Shown: positions 56,558 through 64,000 of the stretch, one piece after another
How positions within the stretch are numbered: the stretch's first letter is position 1
Layout: each line of letters opens with the position of its first letter
Assembly (NCBI GenBank): GCA_963784975.1
Contig: CAWAUK010000016.1
Coordinates: 76,374 to 140,373 of the forward strand
DNA length: 64,000 nt
Direction of reading: 5' to 3'
DNA from: an uncultured Thermoleophilia bacterium
GTDB taxonomy: Bacteria; Actinomycetota; Thermoleophilia; UBA2241
Notes under the pieces: model-generated
Seen by the model: the letters and a program-made list of their open reading frames with translations, nothing else
Told to the model about the DNA's origin: nothing
Databases searched by the model: none
Made by a program: the position numbers and the translations under genes

Positions 56558-57889
56558 TCAACCCAAGCCGCGGCGATCCGGAGTCAGGCCGATCTTCCGG
56601 TCGGACTCGTCGGGTACCGCGGTCACCACGGCCATCTTCAGCCTCTGCCGGTGACGCTCGATCGGCGGCAGGCGCTCAGCGGGCGCGACGGCCTGGACGC
56701 CGTCGAGAAGCGCCGCAAGTCTGCGCGATACCTGTGGTGATCCGGCGCCGAAGCGCCGGATCTCGGTGAGCGCGAGGTCGAGGACCTCGTCCCATGAGCA
56801 CGGTTGGAGTGCCAGACGCACGTTTCCCCGGTCGTCGGCGACCAGCCCCGTGGGCTCTGGGAGGACGGCGATCTGGCGGAGGATGTCCTCGAGCCGGTCG
56901 ATCACTTGCACGGCCGTCGTCGGAGCATTCACGGCCGCCGAAAGGGCTTGCGCGGCGACGTCGACAAGCTCGCGCAGTCCGTACGCGGGGTCCTGGTACA
57001 GCGTTCGTTCGGGGCCGACATCGAAGCTGCGCAGTATCTCCTGATCGCTCGCGGCGCTGGGCGGCGCGTCACCCTGCTGCAGGCAGATCTCAAGAACGGG
57101 CTGGCCCTCGCTCACGTAGTCCCCTACGCCGGCAAGCATGCGAAAGACGCAGTCGTGCCGGCGCCCCAGGTGCACCAGTTGCGCGGCATCGACGCCCTGC
57201 AGGACGCCGTGCGCGCTGCGGGTCGCCGCCAGCGACCACGCAGGCTTGCGGAACGTCACGACGCGCAGCGGTCGGCCGAACGTGGGCGGCGGTACGGGCA
57301 AGTACGCGCTCGCCGGCGGGAACGCGCGTCGGACCGCGCGGCGCGTCTCCTGGGCGACAGACTTGATGGCGATGCTGATGCGCATCAGGTTGATGGTGTG
57401 GTTGACGTAGACCACGAAGACGACGATGGCCAGGATCGTCATGAGGACCGAGACGGTGCCACTCACCGTCGGCGCACCGGCTGAGGCGGCTCCCGTCCGG
57501 TGCACGTAGGAGAAGCTCAGAAGTGGATAGACGAACGCCGCGATGAACGTACCGAGCGCCACCTTGGTCGTCGTCGAGCGCACGTAGGTGCGTAGCAGGC
57601 GCGGGGAGAACTGCTGGCTGGCAAGCTGCATCGCGACCAGTGTGATGGTGAAGACCACGCCAAGGAACGACAGCATCGCGACCGCCATCACCGAAAGCGC
57701 TGCAGCAGCGCTCTCGCCGCTCCAGACGAAGAGGGACGGTTTGGCCGTTGCCGCCAGGTTCCGGTCGACGGCGCGAGTGATCAGCGCCAGGGCGAAGGCG
57801 GCCACGAGGAACAGCATCGGGATGAGCCAGAACGTGCTCGCCACCTTCTCGCTCAGGCGAACCAGCGGGAAGCTGCGGCCCCCGCGCAC
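56558..57889 (-). CDS. DUF2254-family membrane protein
   Basis: FWLIPMLFLVAAFALALITRAVD...TITLVAMQLASQQFSPRLLRTY. Start is tentative (GTG 57889 or 57844). Confidence 0.78.
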   Translation of the reverse strand: MRGGRSFPLVRLSEKVASTFWLIPMLFLVAAFALALITRAVDRNLAATAKPSLFVWSGESAAAALSVMAVAMLSFLGVVFTITLVAMQLASQQFSPRLLRTYVRSTTTKVALGTFIAAFVYPLLSFSYVHRTGAASAGAPTVSGTVSVLMTILAIVVFVVYVNHTINLMRISIAIKSVAQETRRAVRRAFPPASAYLPVPPPTFGRPLRVVTFRKPAWSLAATRSAHGVLQGVDAAQLVHLGRRHDCVFRMLAGVGDYVSEGQPVLEICLQQGDAPPSAASDQEILRSFDVGPERTLYQDPAYGLRELVDVAAQALSAAVNAPTTAVQVIDRLEDILRQIAVLPEPTGLVADDRGNVRLALQPCSWDEVLDLALTEIRRFGAGSPQVSRRLAALLDGVQAVAPAERLPPIERHRQRLKMAVVTAVPDESDRKIGLTPDRRGLG

Positions 57890-58247
57890 CTGAAGCGCAC
57901 GACTGGTGCGGGCCGCAGAGTCGACCGCACTCCGTGGTGCAGCGTCAGGATCCACCACGTCCTCACCCCCCGATTCGCTCGATCGCCGCCCATCGTAGCC
58001 CTTTGCTCGCCGCCAAGCACGACGAGCGTCGTGCCGCCGCGGCAACGATCCGCGGCCGCCCTTCTCCTTGGCGACGTAGGGGGCCGGCGCGGCGAGTTGC
58101 CAGATGGGACGCGCCGCGGCCGTTGCGACTCCAGCCTTGTGGGCACCTGACGCCATGAGCTACGGTACTCGCGGGTCGAGGCCGTGGCACCTCCATGGCG
58201 AGGCGAGCACGGTGGGCGGGCGCCGCGCAGTGGGGCAAGGAGGAGCC

Positions 58248-58985
58248 ATGAGCGGGTCATCGAGTGTCAGCGACGCCGGCGGCCAGACGGACGCCAGTCT
58301 CGCCGAGGTGACGGTCAAGGTCGAGCACCGGGCAGCGACGCCGATCGCCGGCGCCGTCGCCGGCATCCTCTTTGCGGTCTTCTTCGCCGTCAGCATCATG
58401 ATCATCACCGGTACGATGGCGGACGTCGCTCACGACACGGGCGCGTGGCTCGAACTGGGAGCGGGACGGTTCAGGTTCGCTATCGGCCTGGTGCCCTTTG
58501 CCGGACTCTTCTTCCTCTGGTTCATCGCCGTGGCTCGCGAGCGCCTGGGGCGCTTCGAGGACCAGTTCTTCTCGACGGTGTTTCTCGGCAGCGGCCTGCT
58601 CTTCCTGGCGATGATGTTCGCGGCCGCCGCCTCGGCGGGCGCCATCGCCGCCGTCTACGCCAAAGCGCCCACAGAGTTTGCATCGAGCAACACCTATCTG
58701 TACGCCCGTCAGATCGTCGCGCAGATCTTCAATGTCTACGCCCTGCGCATGGCTGCTGTCTTCCTGATCTCCCAAGCCACGCTCTGGATGCGAACCGGCG
58801 TGATGCCCCGATGGATGGCGCTGCTCACCTACGCGATCGCGCTCGTGCTGCTCTTCGTCGTGACGCAGGCCTCCTGGGTCATCCTGGTCTTCCCGTCGTG
58901 GGTGTTCCTCGTGAGTCTGTACATCCTCGTCACGAACCTCGCCGGGCGCCGGCCCGCCGCGCCCGACGACGCGCGCGTGACATGA
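58248..58985 (+). CDS. integral membrane protein (unknown function)
   Basis: ATG 58248 after AAGGAGGAG. 6 TM. Confidence 0.65.
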   Translation: MSGSSSVSDAGGQTDASLAEVTVKVEHRAATPIAGAVAGILFAVFFAVSIMIITGTMADVAHDTGAWLELGAGRFRFAIGLVPFAGLFFLWFIAVARERLGRFEDQFFSTVFLGSGLLFLAMMFAAAASAGAIAAVYAKAPTEFASSNTYLYARQIVAQIFNVYALRMAAVFLISQATLWMRTGVMPRWMALLTYAIALVLLFVVTQASWVILVFPSWVFLVSLYILVTNLAGRRPAAPDDARVT

Positions 58986-59070
58986 GCACAGCGCGGGGTC
59001 GGGGCACCAGGGATGATCACGCTATCGAAGGTCAGGCCCTTCGCCTGCTGCGCGCGTCTGCAGCGAGTTG

Positions 59071-59114
59071 GGCGGCGGCCGGACGCTGGACAACGGGTCC
59101 GGCCGGCCGCCGCC
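59071..59114. terminator. strong GC hairpin between convergent genes
   Basis: GGCGGCGGCCGGAC (59071-59084) pairs with GTCCGGCC(GGCC)GCCGCC (59097-59114), with a 12-nt loop. Confidence 0.45.
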
Positions 59115-59120
59115 GTCCGG

Positions 59121-59324
59121 CTACTCCGCCGCGGGCCTGCGGAAGATGGCGAACGCGAAGCGTGGCCACCTCCACCGCCACCGCAGCCTGCCCCGGCGGC
59201 GCTCGCGCACCGCGGCGCGAAGTGCGGCGCGCTGCACGGACAGCGCCTCATCGGCGACCATCTGCCGCTCGCGCGGACTTCGCACGTCGTACATCGGACG
59301 GCACATCGTCAGCTCCTCGCTCAT
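59121..59324 (-). CDS. 67-aa ORF with Arg/Trp-rich tail, coupled to the SRPBCC gene
   Basis: ATGA overlap with the upstream stop at 59321-59324. MSEELTMCRPMYDVRSPRERQMVADEALSVQRAALRAAVRERRRGRLRWRWRWPRFAFAIFRRPAAE. Confidence 0.3.
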   Translation of the reverse strand: MSEELTMCRPMYDVRSPRERQMVADEALSVQRAALRAAVRERRRGRLRWRWRWPRFAFAIFRRPAAE

Positions 59325-59782
59325 CGGCTCCGGGAGCCGAGGTAGTCGTTGACCTCGCGCTCCCACGTGACCATGAACTTGTCCCAGGCCGCCTCGGTGA
59401 ACCGGGCGAGCTCCCGATCGCCGGACGGGCCGAGGCTCGTCTTGACGTAGCGGACGGCCGCCGCACAACCGCCCTCCTCGGGACGCAGCGCGAACGTGAG
59501 GTGCATGGCGACGACGCCCGGGGCCAGCATCACCATCTCGACGACCCACTTCTCCGGGTCGTGCCGCGTGATCGTCCACACCTCGTCACCGGCGTCGCTC
59601 GGTGTCAGGAAGACGCAGTCCGGCTCGGCGAGGCCCGAGTCCGAGTACACGACCGAGGGCTCCCAGTCGTGCGCCCATTCGACTTCGCGGACCGGGCACA
59701 GCAGTGGGAAGACTTCGTCCGGCGGGGCGCAGAGGTGCTGTGTGTAGGTGTGACCCACACGGGTCGGTGCTGCGATTCTCAT
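59321..59782 (-). CDS. SRPBCC-superfamily (START/polyketide-cyclase-like) protein
   Basis: ATG 59782 after GAGGGAG. 153 aa: MRIAAPTRVGHTYTQHLCAPPDEVFPLLCPVREVEW... Confidence 0.7.
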   Translation of the reverse strand: MRIAAPTRVGHTYTQHLCAPPDEVFPLLCPVREVEWAHDWEPSVVYSDSGLAEPDCVFLTPSDAGDEVWTITRHDPEKWVVEMVMLAPGVVAMHLTFALRPEEGGCAAAVRYVKTSLGPSGDRELARFTEAAWDKFMVTWEREVNDYLGSRSR

Positions 59783-59811
59783 TGTGATCTCCCTCGATCG
59801 CCGAGTGCCAT

Positions 59812-60102
59812 TCACTCGGTCATGCGGTGAGAGGCGCTCGCGTCCAGGTCCAGGCCGTAGATGGCCTTGAACTCGGCGATGCGGGCGAGCGACTCGGGAC
59901 CGAAGGGGCACTCGCCCTGAAAGGCGTGCAGCACGATGCCCTCCAGCAGGTCGCCGAGTGAGATGTCGTTGTACTCGGCGAAGGCCTTGAGCACCTTCAG
60001 CATGCGTTTCTCGATGCGGACCCCGGTCTGCACGCGCTCGACCTTGTAGGTGGGCGACGGCGACGGCTCGGACGGCTGCTTCCTGGATGGCGGCATGGGC
60101 AT
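59812..60102 (-). CDS. hypothetical 96-aa protein
   Basis: Pro/Ser-rich N-terminus, then VRIEKRMLKVLKAFAEYNDISLGDLLEGIVLHAF. Immediately upstream of the SRPBCC gene. Confidence 0.55.
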   Translation of the reverse strand: MPMPPSRKQPSEPSPSPTYKVERVQTGVRIEKRMLKVLKAFAEYNDISLGDLLEGIVLHAFQGECPFGPESLARIAEFKAIYGLDLDASASHRMTE

Positions 60103-60246
60103 CTCCTCGTTGGTACCAAGTTACCTTGGTACCATACTCCATGCCCCAGAGATGTCAAGCGCCAGCGATCGGCTACCTCCGACGGTGCTGTAATGACCTG
60201 GCGCAGCCCCGTGTCGGCGTCAGGCGACGCGGCGTGATCGGCTCGA

Positions 60247-61170
60247 TCACATCAGGACGTTGCCGGCGAACACGTAGCGGTCGAAGTGCCCGAACGGGCG
60301 CGCCGCGCCGAGGAGGCCCACGGGACCGCTCATGCGGAAGCCGGTCCCCCAGAGCAGGCGCTGGGCGACGAGGTTCGGGCCGGGGACCTGCACGGTCACC
60401 GTCTCCCCCACCCCCTGCTCGAGCAGGGCGAACGCGAGCGCCGCAGCCATGTCGCCGCTCCGCCGGGTGGCCACCGGACCTACGTGATCGGCTGCGGCGG
60501 TCCCGTCGCCGCCGAGATAGGCGTAGCCTGCCAGGCGCCCGTCGCGACGGAAGACCCATCCATGCCTCGAGACGACGTCCAGTAGCCACGCGTGACCGGC
60601 CGTGCGGTCGATGCCGGTGACGTACAGGTCGAGCTCCCGCATCTCCTCGAAGTCGGCCGGTGTGACCGGCGCCGCGCGAAGCGTGCCCAGCCCGTGTTCC
60701 CGCAGGGCCTCGGGGACGCATCCCGTGAGGTTCAGCGACGGAAGCAGGGGGAACATGTCGCGCCGGGCGTAGAGCCCGTTGGAGACGACGTTGGCGCCGC
60801 TGCTGCCGACGACGGGGAGGATCTTCTGGTCGCCGTGATCGTCCATGGCCCGCCTGAGCAGCTCGTGCCCCACCCCCTTGCCCTGCCACCAGGGCAGGAC
60901 GAAGAGGCCGGCGAGGTGGCAGATGTGGCCGCGCTGGAATCCGGCGCCGAAGCCGACCACGCTCCCGCCCGCTTCGGCGACCCAGAACCGCTCGGGACTC
61001 ACGTCGAGCACGTGCCGCAGCGCCGGCTCCATGGGGTCGCCCTCGGGCGACGAGAGCGGCTGGCTCTGCTTCACGGCGAGATCGTCCAGCGCACGCTTGA
61101 TGATCGCGGCCGCCACCGGGACGTCGGCGGCGACTGCGCGTCGATACGCTATGGAGGCCTCTGTGGCCAT
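60247..61170 (-). CDS. GNAT-family acetyltransferase with extra C-terminal domain
   Basis: ATG 61170. Motif A WWQGKGVGHELLRRAM. Confidence 0.78.
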   Translation of the reverse strand: MATEASIAYRRAVAADVPVAAAIIKRALDDLAVKQSQPLSSPEGDPMEPALRHVLDVSPERFWVAEAGGSVVGFGAGFQRGHICHLAGLFVLPWWQGKGVGHELLRRAMDDHGDQKILPVVGSSGANVVSNGLYARRDMFPLLPSLNLTGCVPEALREHGLGTLRAAPVTPADFEEMRELDLYVTGIDRTAGHAWLLDVVSRHGWVFRRDGRLAGYAYLGGDGTAAADHVGPVATRRSGDMAAALAFALLEQGVGETVTVQVPGPNLVAQRLLWGTGFRMSGPVGLLGAARPFGHFDRYVFAGNVLM

Positions 61171-61198
61171 GCCGTCTCCCCCTCGCGATCTCGTGCGG

Positions 61199-61528
61199 TC
61201 AGAGCGCCTCGCCGTCCTGCTCTGCAACAGTGGGTTCCGCCTCACAGGCGCTACGGGAGCACGGCGAGGCGTCCGAGGGCGCCTCTACGTCGGCCAGCGG
61301 AGTCCCGTCGCGGAGCAGATCGCCGGCGAGTCCGGCCACGTTGCGCGCCGGCGCCGCCTTCACTACCCTGGCGGTCTGGACGGCGCGCAGGATGTCCTCG
61401 TCAGGGACGCCGAGCTCGCGAGCCTTGCTCACGTGATGTTCCAGGCAGGGCTCGCAGTTCGAGGCGATCGCGGCGCCGACCGCGACGAGCTCGTCGATCG
61501 CTTCGCGGGTCAGGATCTTGGTGGTCAT
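61199..61528 (-). CDS. carboxymuconolactone decarboxylase (AhpD-like) family protein
   Basis: VAVGAAIASNCEPCLEHHVSKARELG (CxxC...H). Confidence 0.85.
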   Translation of the reverse strand: MTTKILTREAIDELVAVGAAIASNCEPCLEHHVSKARELGVPDEDILRAVQTARVVKAAPARNVAGLAGDLLRDGTPLADVEAPSDASPCSRSACEAEPTVAEQDGEAL

Positions 61529-61582
61529 CTCTGGCTCCTTTGCTCGTGGGCGCTCGCAGGCGCCCGGGGACGCGCGTTGTGC

Positions 61583-62257
61583 CTAGTAGAGCCTGAAGCA
61601 CGCGCGGTGGGCTACCTCGCTCGGTAGAACACTCGAGGGGGTGTCGCGTCGCACGTGGACCGCCGGAGCCGGGCCCCGGCCTGCGCAGGCCTTCTCCCAC
61701 TCACGAGCGAGCAACGACATGGTGAGACAGTCGACGTAGTCGCCCGCACGGACCGCGCACTCACGCAGCCGCCCCTCGCGGACGAACCCGGCACTCTCGA
61801 AGCAGCGCAGCGCCGCCTCGTTGTCGCTCGGCACGTAGGCCCAGACGCGGTTGACCCCCAGGACCTCGAACGCCCGGGCTGCGGCCCGCAGCACGATGGC
61901 CCGGCCGAGTCCCTGGCCACGCTGCGCCGGGTCGCCGACGATGACCCGGCTCAACCGCAGCGAGCGACGGCGCGGATCGATGTCCGCCAGCGTGACGTGG
62001 CCGATAGCGTCGAGGCTCACGTGGCTCTTGACGACTGCAAGAGGGAGCGTCTGAGCCGTCTCACACCGCTCCGGGTAGACCGGCACCTGGGTGGGGTCCA
62101 GGGGATGGACCACCTCGGCCCCAGCCCAGTCGAAGAGTGTGGACTCGTCGCCGACCCAGCCGATGAGCCTGTCGACATCGCGTTCCCTGAACGGCCTCAA
62201 GACGATCGGGGGTCCGGGGGACACACGCCGTGATCGCCTGCGCTTCCAGTTCACCAT
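61583..62257 (-). CDS. GNAT-family N-acetyltransferase
   Basis: QRGQGLGRAIVLRAAARAF...NEAALRCFESAGF. Start taken at ATG 62257. Confidence 0.8.
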   Translation of the reverse strand: MVNWKRRRSRRVSPGPPIVLRPFRERDVDRLIGWVGDESTLFDWAGAEVVHPLDPTQVPVYPERCETAQTLPLAVVKSHVSLDAIGHVTLADIDPRRRSLRLSRVIVGDPAQRGQGLGRAIVLRAAARAFEVLGVNRVWAYVPSDNEAALRCFESAGFVREGRLRECAVRAGDYVDCLTMSLLAREWEKACAGRGPAPAVHVRRDTPSSVLPSEVAHRACFRLY

Positions 62258-62326
62258 GGTCTCGACTACCCGCCCTTTCCCTTTCGCAGCAGCGGTAGTT
62301 GTGCTCACAGACAACGTTCGAAGCGG

Positions 62327-62980
62327 TCAACCCTCGCCGCGCCTCTGGCCGGCGGACGACGACTCTGCCGCCTCTGAGTCGTCCGGGCAGGTCATCTCTT
62401 CCAGGGACCTCACGTGGTCCTCGCCGGCCCGAGGCTCCCGGGGCAACTCGCCGAGGATCTCAAGAGCTTCGTCGCACCACTCCAGCATGGCCTTGCTCAT
62501 GTGCTGACCACAGAGCACCGTGAGGAGCCAGTACGCCGATCCGGGTGCCTGCTCAGCCGCTATCCGCTCCGCGTAGACGGCGTACCTGGCCAGGTGCGCC
62601 TCGTGCTCGCGGCGAAAGCGACGGACGTGCTCGGTCGCGCCCTCCGACCCGATCTCCCAGCCAAGGTAGACCTTGAGCAGGATCTCCATCCGCTCCTGGT
62701 GGGGTTCCGCGGGCTGCTCCAACCAGCGACGCGCCTCCACTCGACCCTGGTCGGTGATGGCGTAGACCTTGCGCCCCGGACGCCCTCCGGCCGAGCCCTC
62801 ATCACACGTGGCGAGACCTTCTTCCACCAGTTGCTTGAGGGTCGGGTAGATGTGCCCGAAGCTCTCGCTCCAGAAGTTGCCGAGGCTCCGCTGGTAGATG
62901 CTCTTGACGTCGTAGCCCGACAGGGGCATGTACGTGAGCAGTCCGAGCACTGCATACCTGGTCTTGTTCTCGCGCGGCAC
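62327..62980 (-). CDS. PadR-family transcriptional regulator with C-terminal extension
   Basis: RYAVLGLLTYMPLSGYDVKS...GHIYPTLKQLVEEGL...RKVYAITDQGR. Confidence 0.9.
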   Translation of the reverse strand: MPRENKTRYAVLGLLTYMPLSGYDVKSIYQRSLGNFWSESFGHIYPTLKQLVEEGLATCDEGSAGGRPGRKVYAITDQGRVEARRWLEQPAEPHQERMEILLKVYLGWEIGSEGATEHVRRFRREHEAHLARYAVYAERIAAEQAPGSAYWLLTVLCGQHMSKAMLEWCDEALEILGELPREPRAGEDHVRSLEEMTCPDDSEAAESSSAGQRRGEG

Positions 62981-63042
62981 CGTGCCTCCATGGTCGCCGT
63001 GACGTCGGCGGACCTCTGGCCGACCGCCGACCGATCGTCATT

Positions 63043-63059
63043 TATATCCTGAGGATATA
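63043..63059. promoter_or_regulatory. candidate PadR operator
   Basis: TATATCC-TGA-GGATATA is a perfect 7-3-7 palindrome in the AT-rich divergent intergenic region. Confidence 0.5.
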
Positions 63060-63119
63060 TAGTCTAAGGATGCATTGGAGACCTGTCAACAGACGCCGGA
63101 CTCCCGTGGGCGGTGAGCG

Positions 63120-63638
63120 TTGACCGTGCCGGGGTGGGCGGTCCTGCTGCCGATCCTGCTGCCCAACCTGCTCCTCGTCGTACTCCCCGCGCGGCCGGGC
63201 GAGCCGGCGGGAGCCTCGATCGGCCCGGATGGCTTGAGGCGCACCAGTCGGGGCGACGTCATCCTCGGGGCCGTCGAGAACGTGACCCGGATCGCTGTCC
63301 TGGTGCTGGCTCTGTTCCTGCGCCTCACGATTGCGAGTCCGCGTGCATGGGCCTGGTCGGCCGTCGCCGCCCTGGCGGTCGCCGCCTACTATGGCGCCTG
63401 GGCCAGGTTCTTCGTCCGCGGGCGCGGACGGTGGCTGCTCTACCGAAGCCTTGGTCGACTTCCCGTCCCGTTGGCGGTGGCCCCAGTCGTCTACTTTGCC
63501 GCCGCAGCGGGGGTCGCCCGATCATCGCTGTACGCGGCAGTCGTCATCGCCTTCGGCTGCGCACACATCCGCATGTCGCTGCGCAGGGGCCGGCTGTCGA
63601 CGGCCACCCTCGACCACGGCCGCGGAGCCGGGCGATGA
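63120..63638 (+). CDS. integral membrane protein (unknown function), divergent from padR
   Basis: 172 aa with 4-5 TM. Confidence 0.6.
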   Translation: MTVPGWAVLLPILLPNLLLVVLPARPGEPAGASIGPDGLRRTSRGDVILGAVENVTRIAVLVLALFLRLTIASPRAWAWSAVAALAVAAYYGAWARFFVRGRGRWLLYRSLGRLPVPLAVAPVVYFAAAAGVARSSLYAAVVIAFGCAHIRMSLRRGRLSTATLDHGRGAGR

Positions 63639-63659
63639 ACCAGGCGGCGCCGCGCCTCT

Positions 63660-64000
63660 TCATTCCAGCAGGCGCTGAAGGGCATCGAGGATCAGATCGA
63701 GGCCGAACTCGAAGGCTGCGGCGTCATCGTAGGGTTTCACGGCATATTCCATCGCAACGCAGGCCAGGGAAGGATACGTGCCTTGCGGGATCGCCGCGAG
63801 GGTCTCATGAGCCGCCTCGGTCGTGTCCACATCATCGCCCAACGAGAGGTTTGACCGCTGTCGCTCGAAGCCGTAGATGTAGCTGTCGAGCGCGAGAAAG
63901 GCGTTTGCGGCTATTCCCGGGGAGAATCCGGCCTGAAGCAGCGCGCCAAGGACCCGATCCGCGTAGCTCAGTCTGCGGGGGCCTCTCAGCTCTCGGGAGT
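63660..64000 (-). CDS. TetR/AcrR-family regulator, C-terminal part (5' end outside window)
   Basis: The frame is open from 63660 to the window end: ..AFLALDSYIYGFERQ...AFEFGLDLILDALQRLLE*. Clear paralog of 47561-48250 at both protein and DNA level. Confidence 0.75.
   Translation of the reverse strand, partial: SRELRGPRRLSYADRVLGALLQAGFSPGIAANAFLALDSYIYGFERQRSNLSLGDDVDTTEAAHETLAAIPQGTYPSLACVAMEYAVKPYDDAAAFEFGLDLILDALQRLLE

Overview
High-GC bacterial chromosomal segment with strong G/C third-position bias. Long antisense ORFs are therefore common and were ignored. Gene content looks Actinomycetota/Thermoleophilia-like, but no taxon can be proven from here. The clear housekeeping anchors are ftsH (7136-9079) and lgt (34075-34896). 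The rest is a patchwork: one-component regulators (three TetR-like, MarR, Rrf2, PadR, a small wHTH), one OmpR/histidine-kinase pair beside an ABC exporter, many small-molecule redox/detox enzymes, membrane proteins of unknown function, two SpoIIE/PP2C sensor phosphatases and one STAS protein. I saw no rRNA, tRNA, CRISPR array or intact transposase/integrase.

The most unusual part is a gene-decay zone at about 21.3-28 kb. Two broken arr-type (rifampin ADP-ribosyltransferase-like) genes lie in direct orientation. They bracket a low-GC orphan gene, a tyrosine-recombinase tail remnant and a dioxygenase-esterase-reductase operon whose last gene is frameshifted. A multiply frameshifted FAD/BBE oxidase follows. 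Similar recombinase-tail remnants occur at 4.3-4.7 kb and about 49.2 kb, and several other deletion or fusion scars are visible.

Other points worth a second look:
- a perfect 60-bp tandem duplication in a divergent promoter region
- a run of three tiny hydrophobic ORFs
- an orphan cytochrome b with a coupled 57-aa ORF and a large C-terminal extension
- a desulforedoxin-like Cys-rich mini-protein next to lgt and a Zur-box-preceded orphan zinc-binding lipoprotein
- clean operator-like palindromes in front of the TetR, PadR, MarR, Rrf2 and wHTH genes

I could not identify a convincing new multi-gene system. All family calls come from motif recognition by eye and need HMM/BLAST confirmation. The frameshift calls could also be assembly errors.
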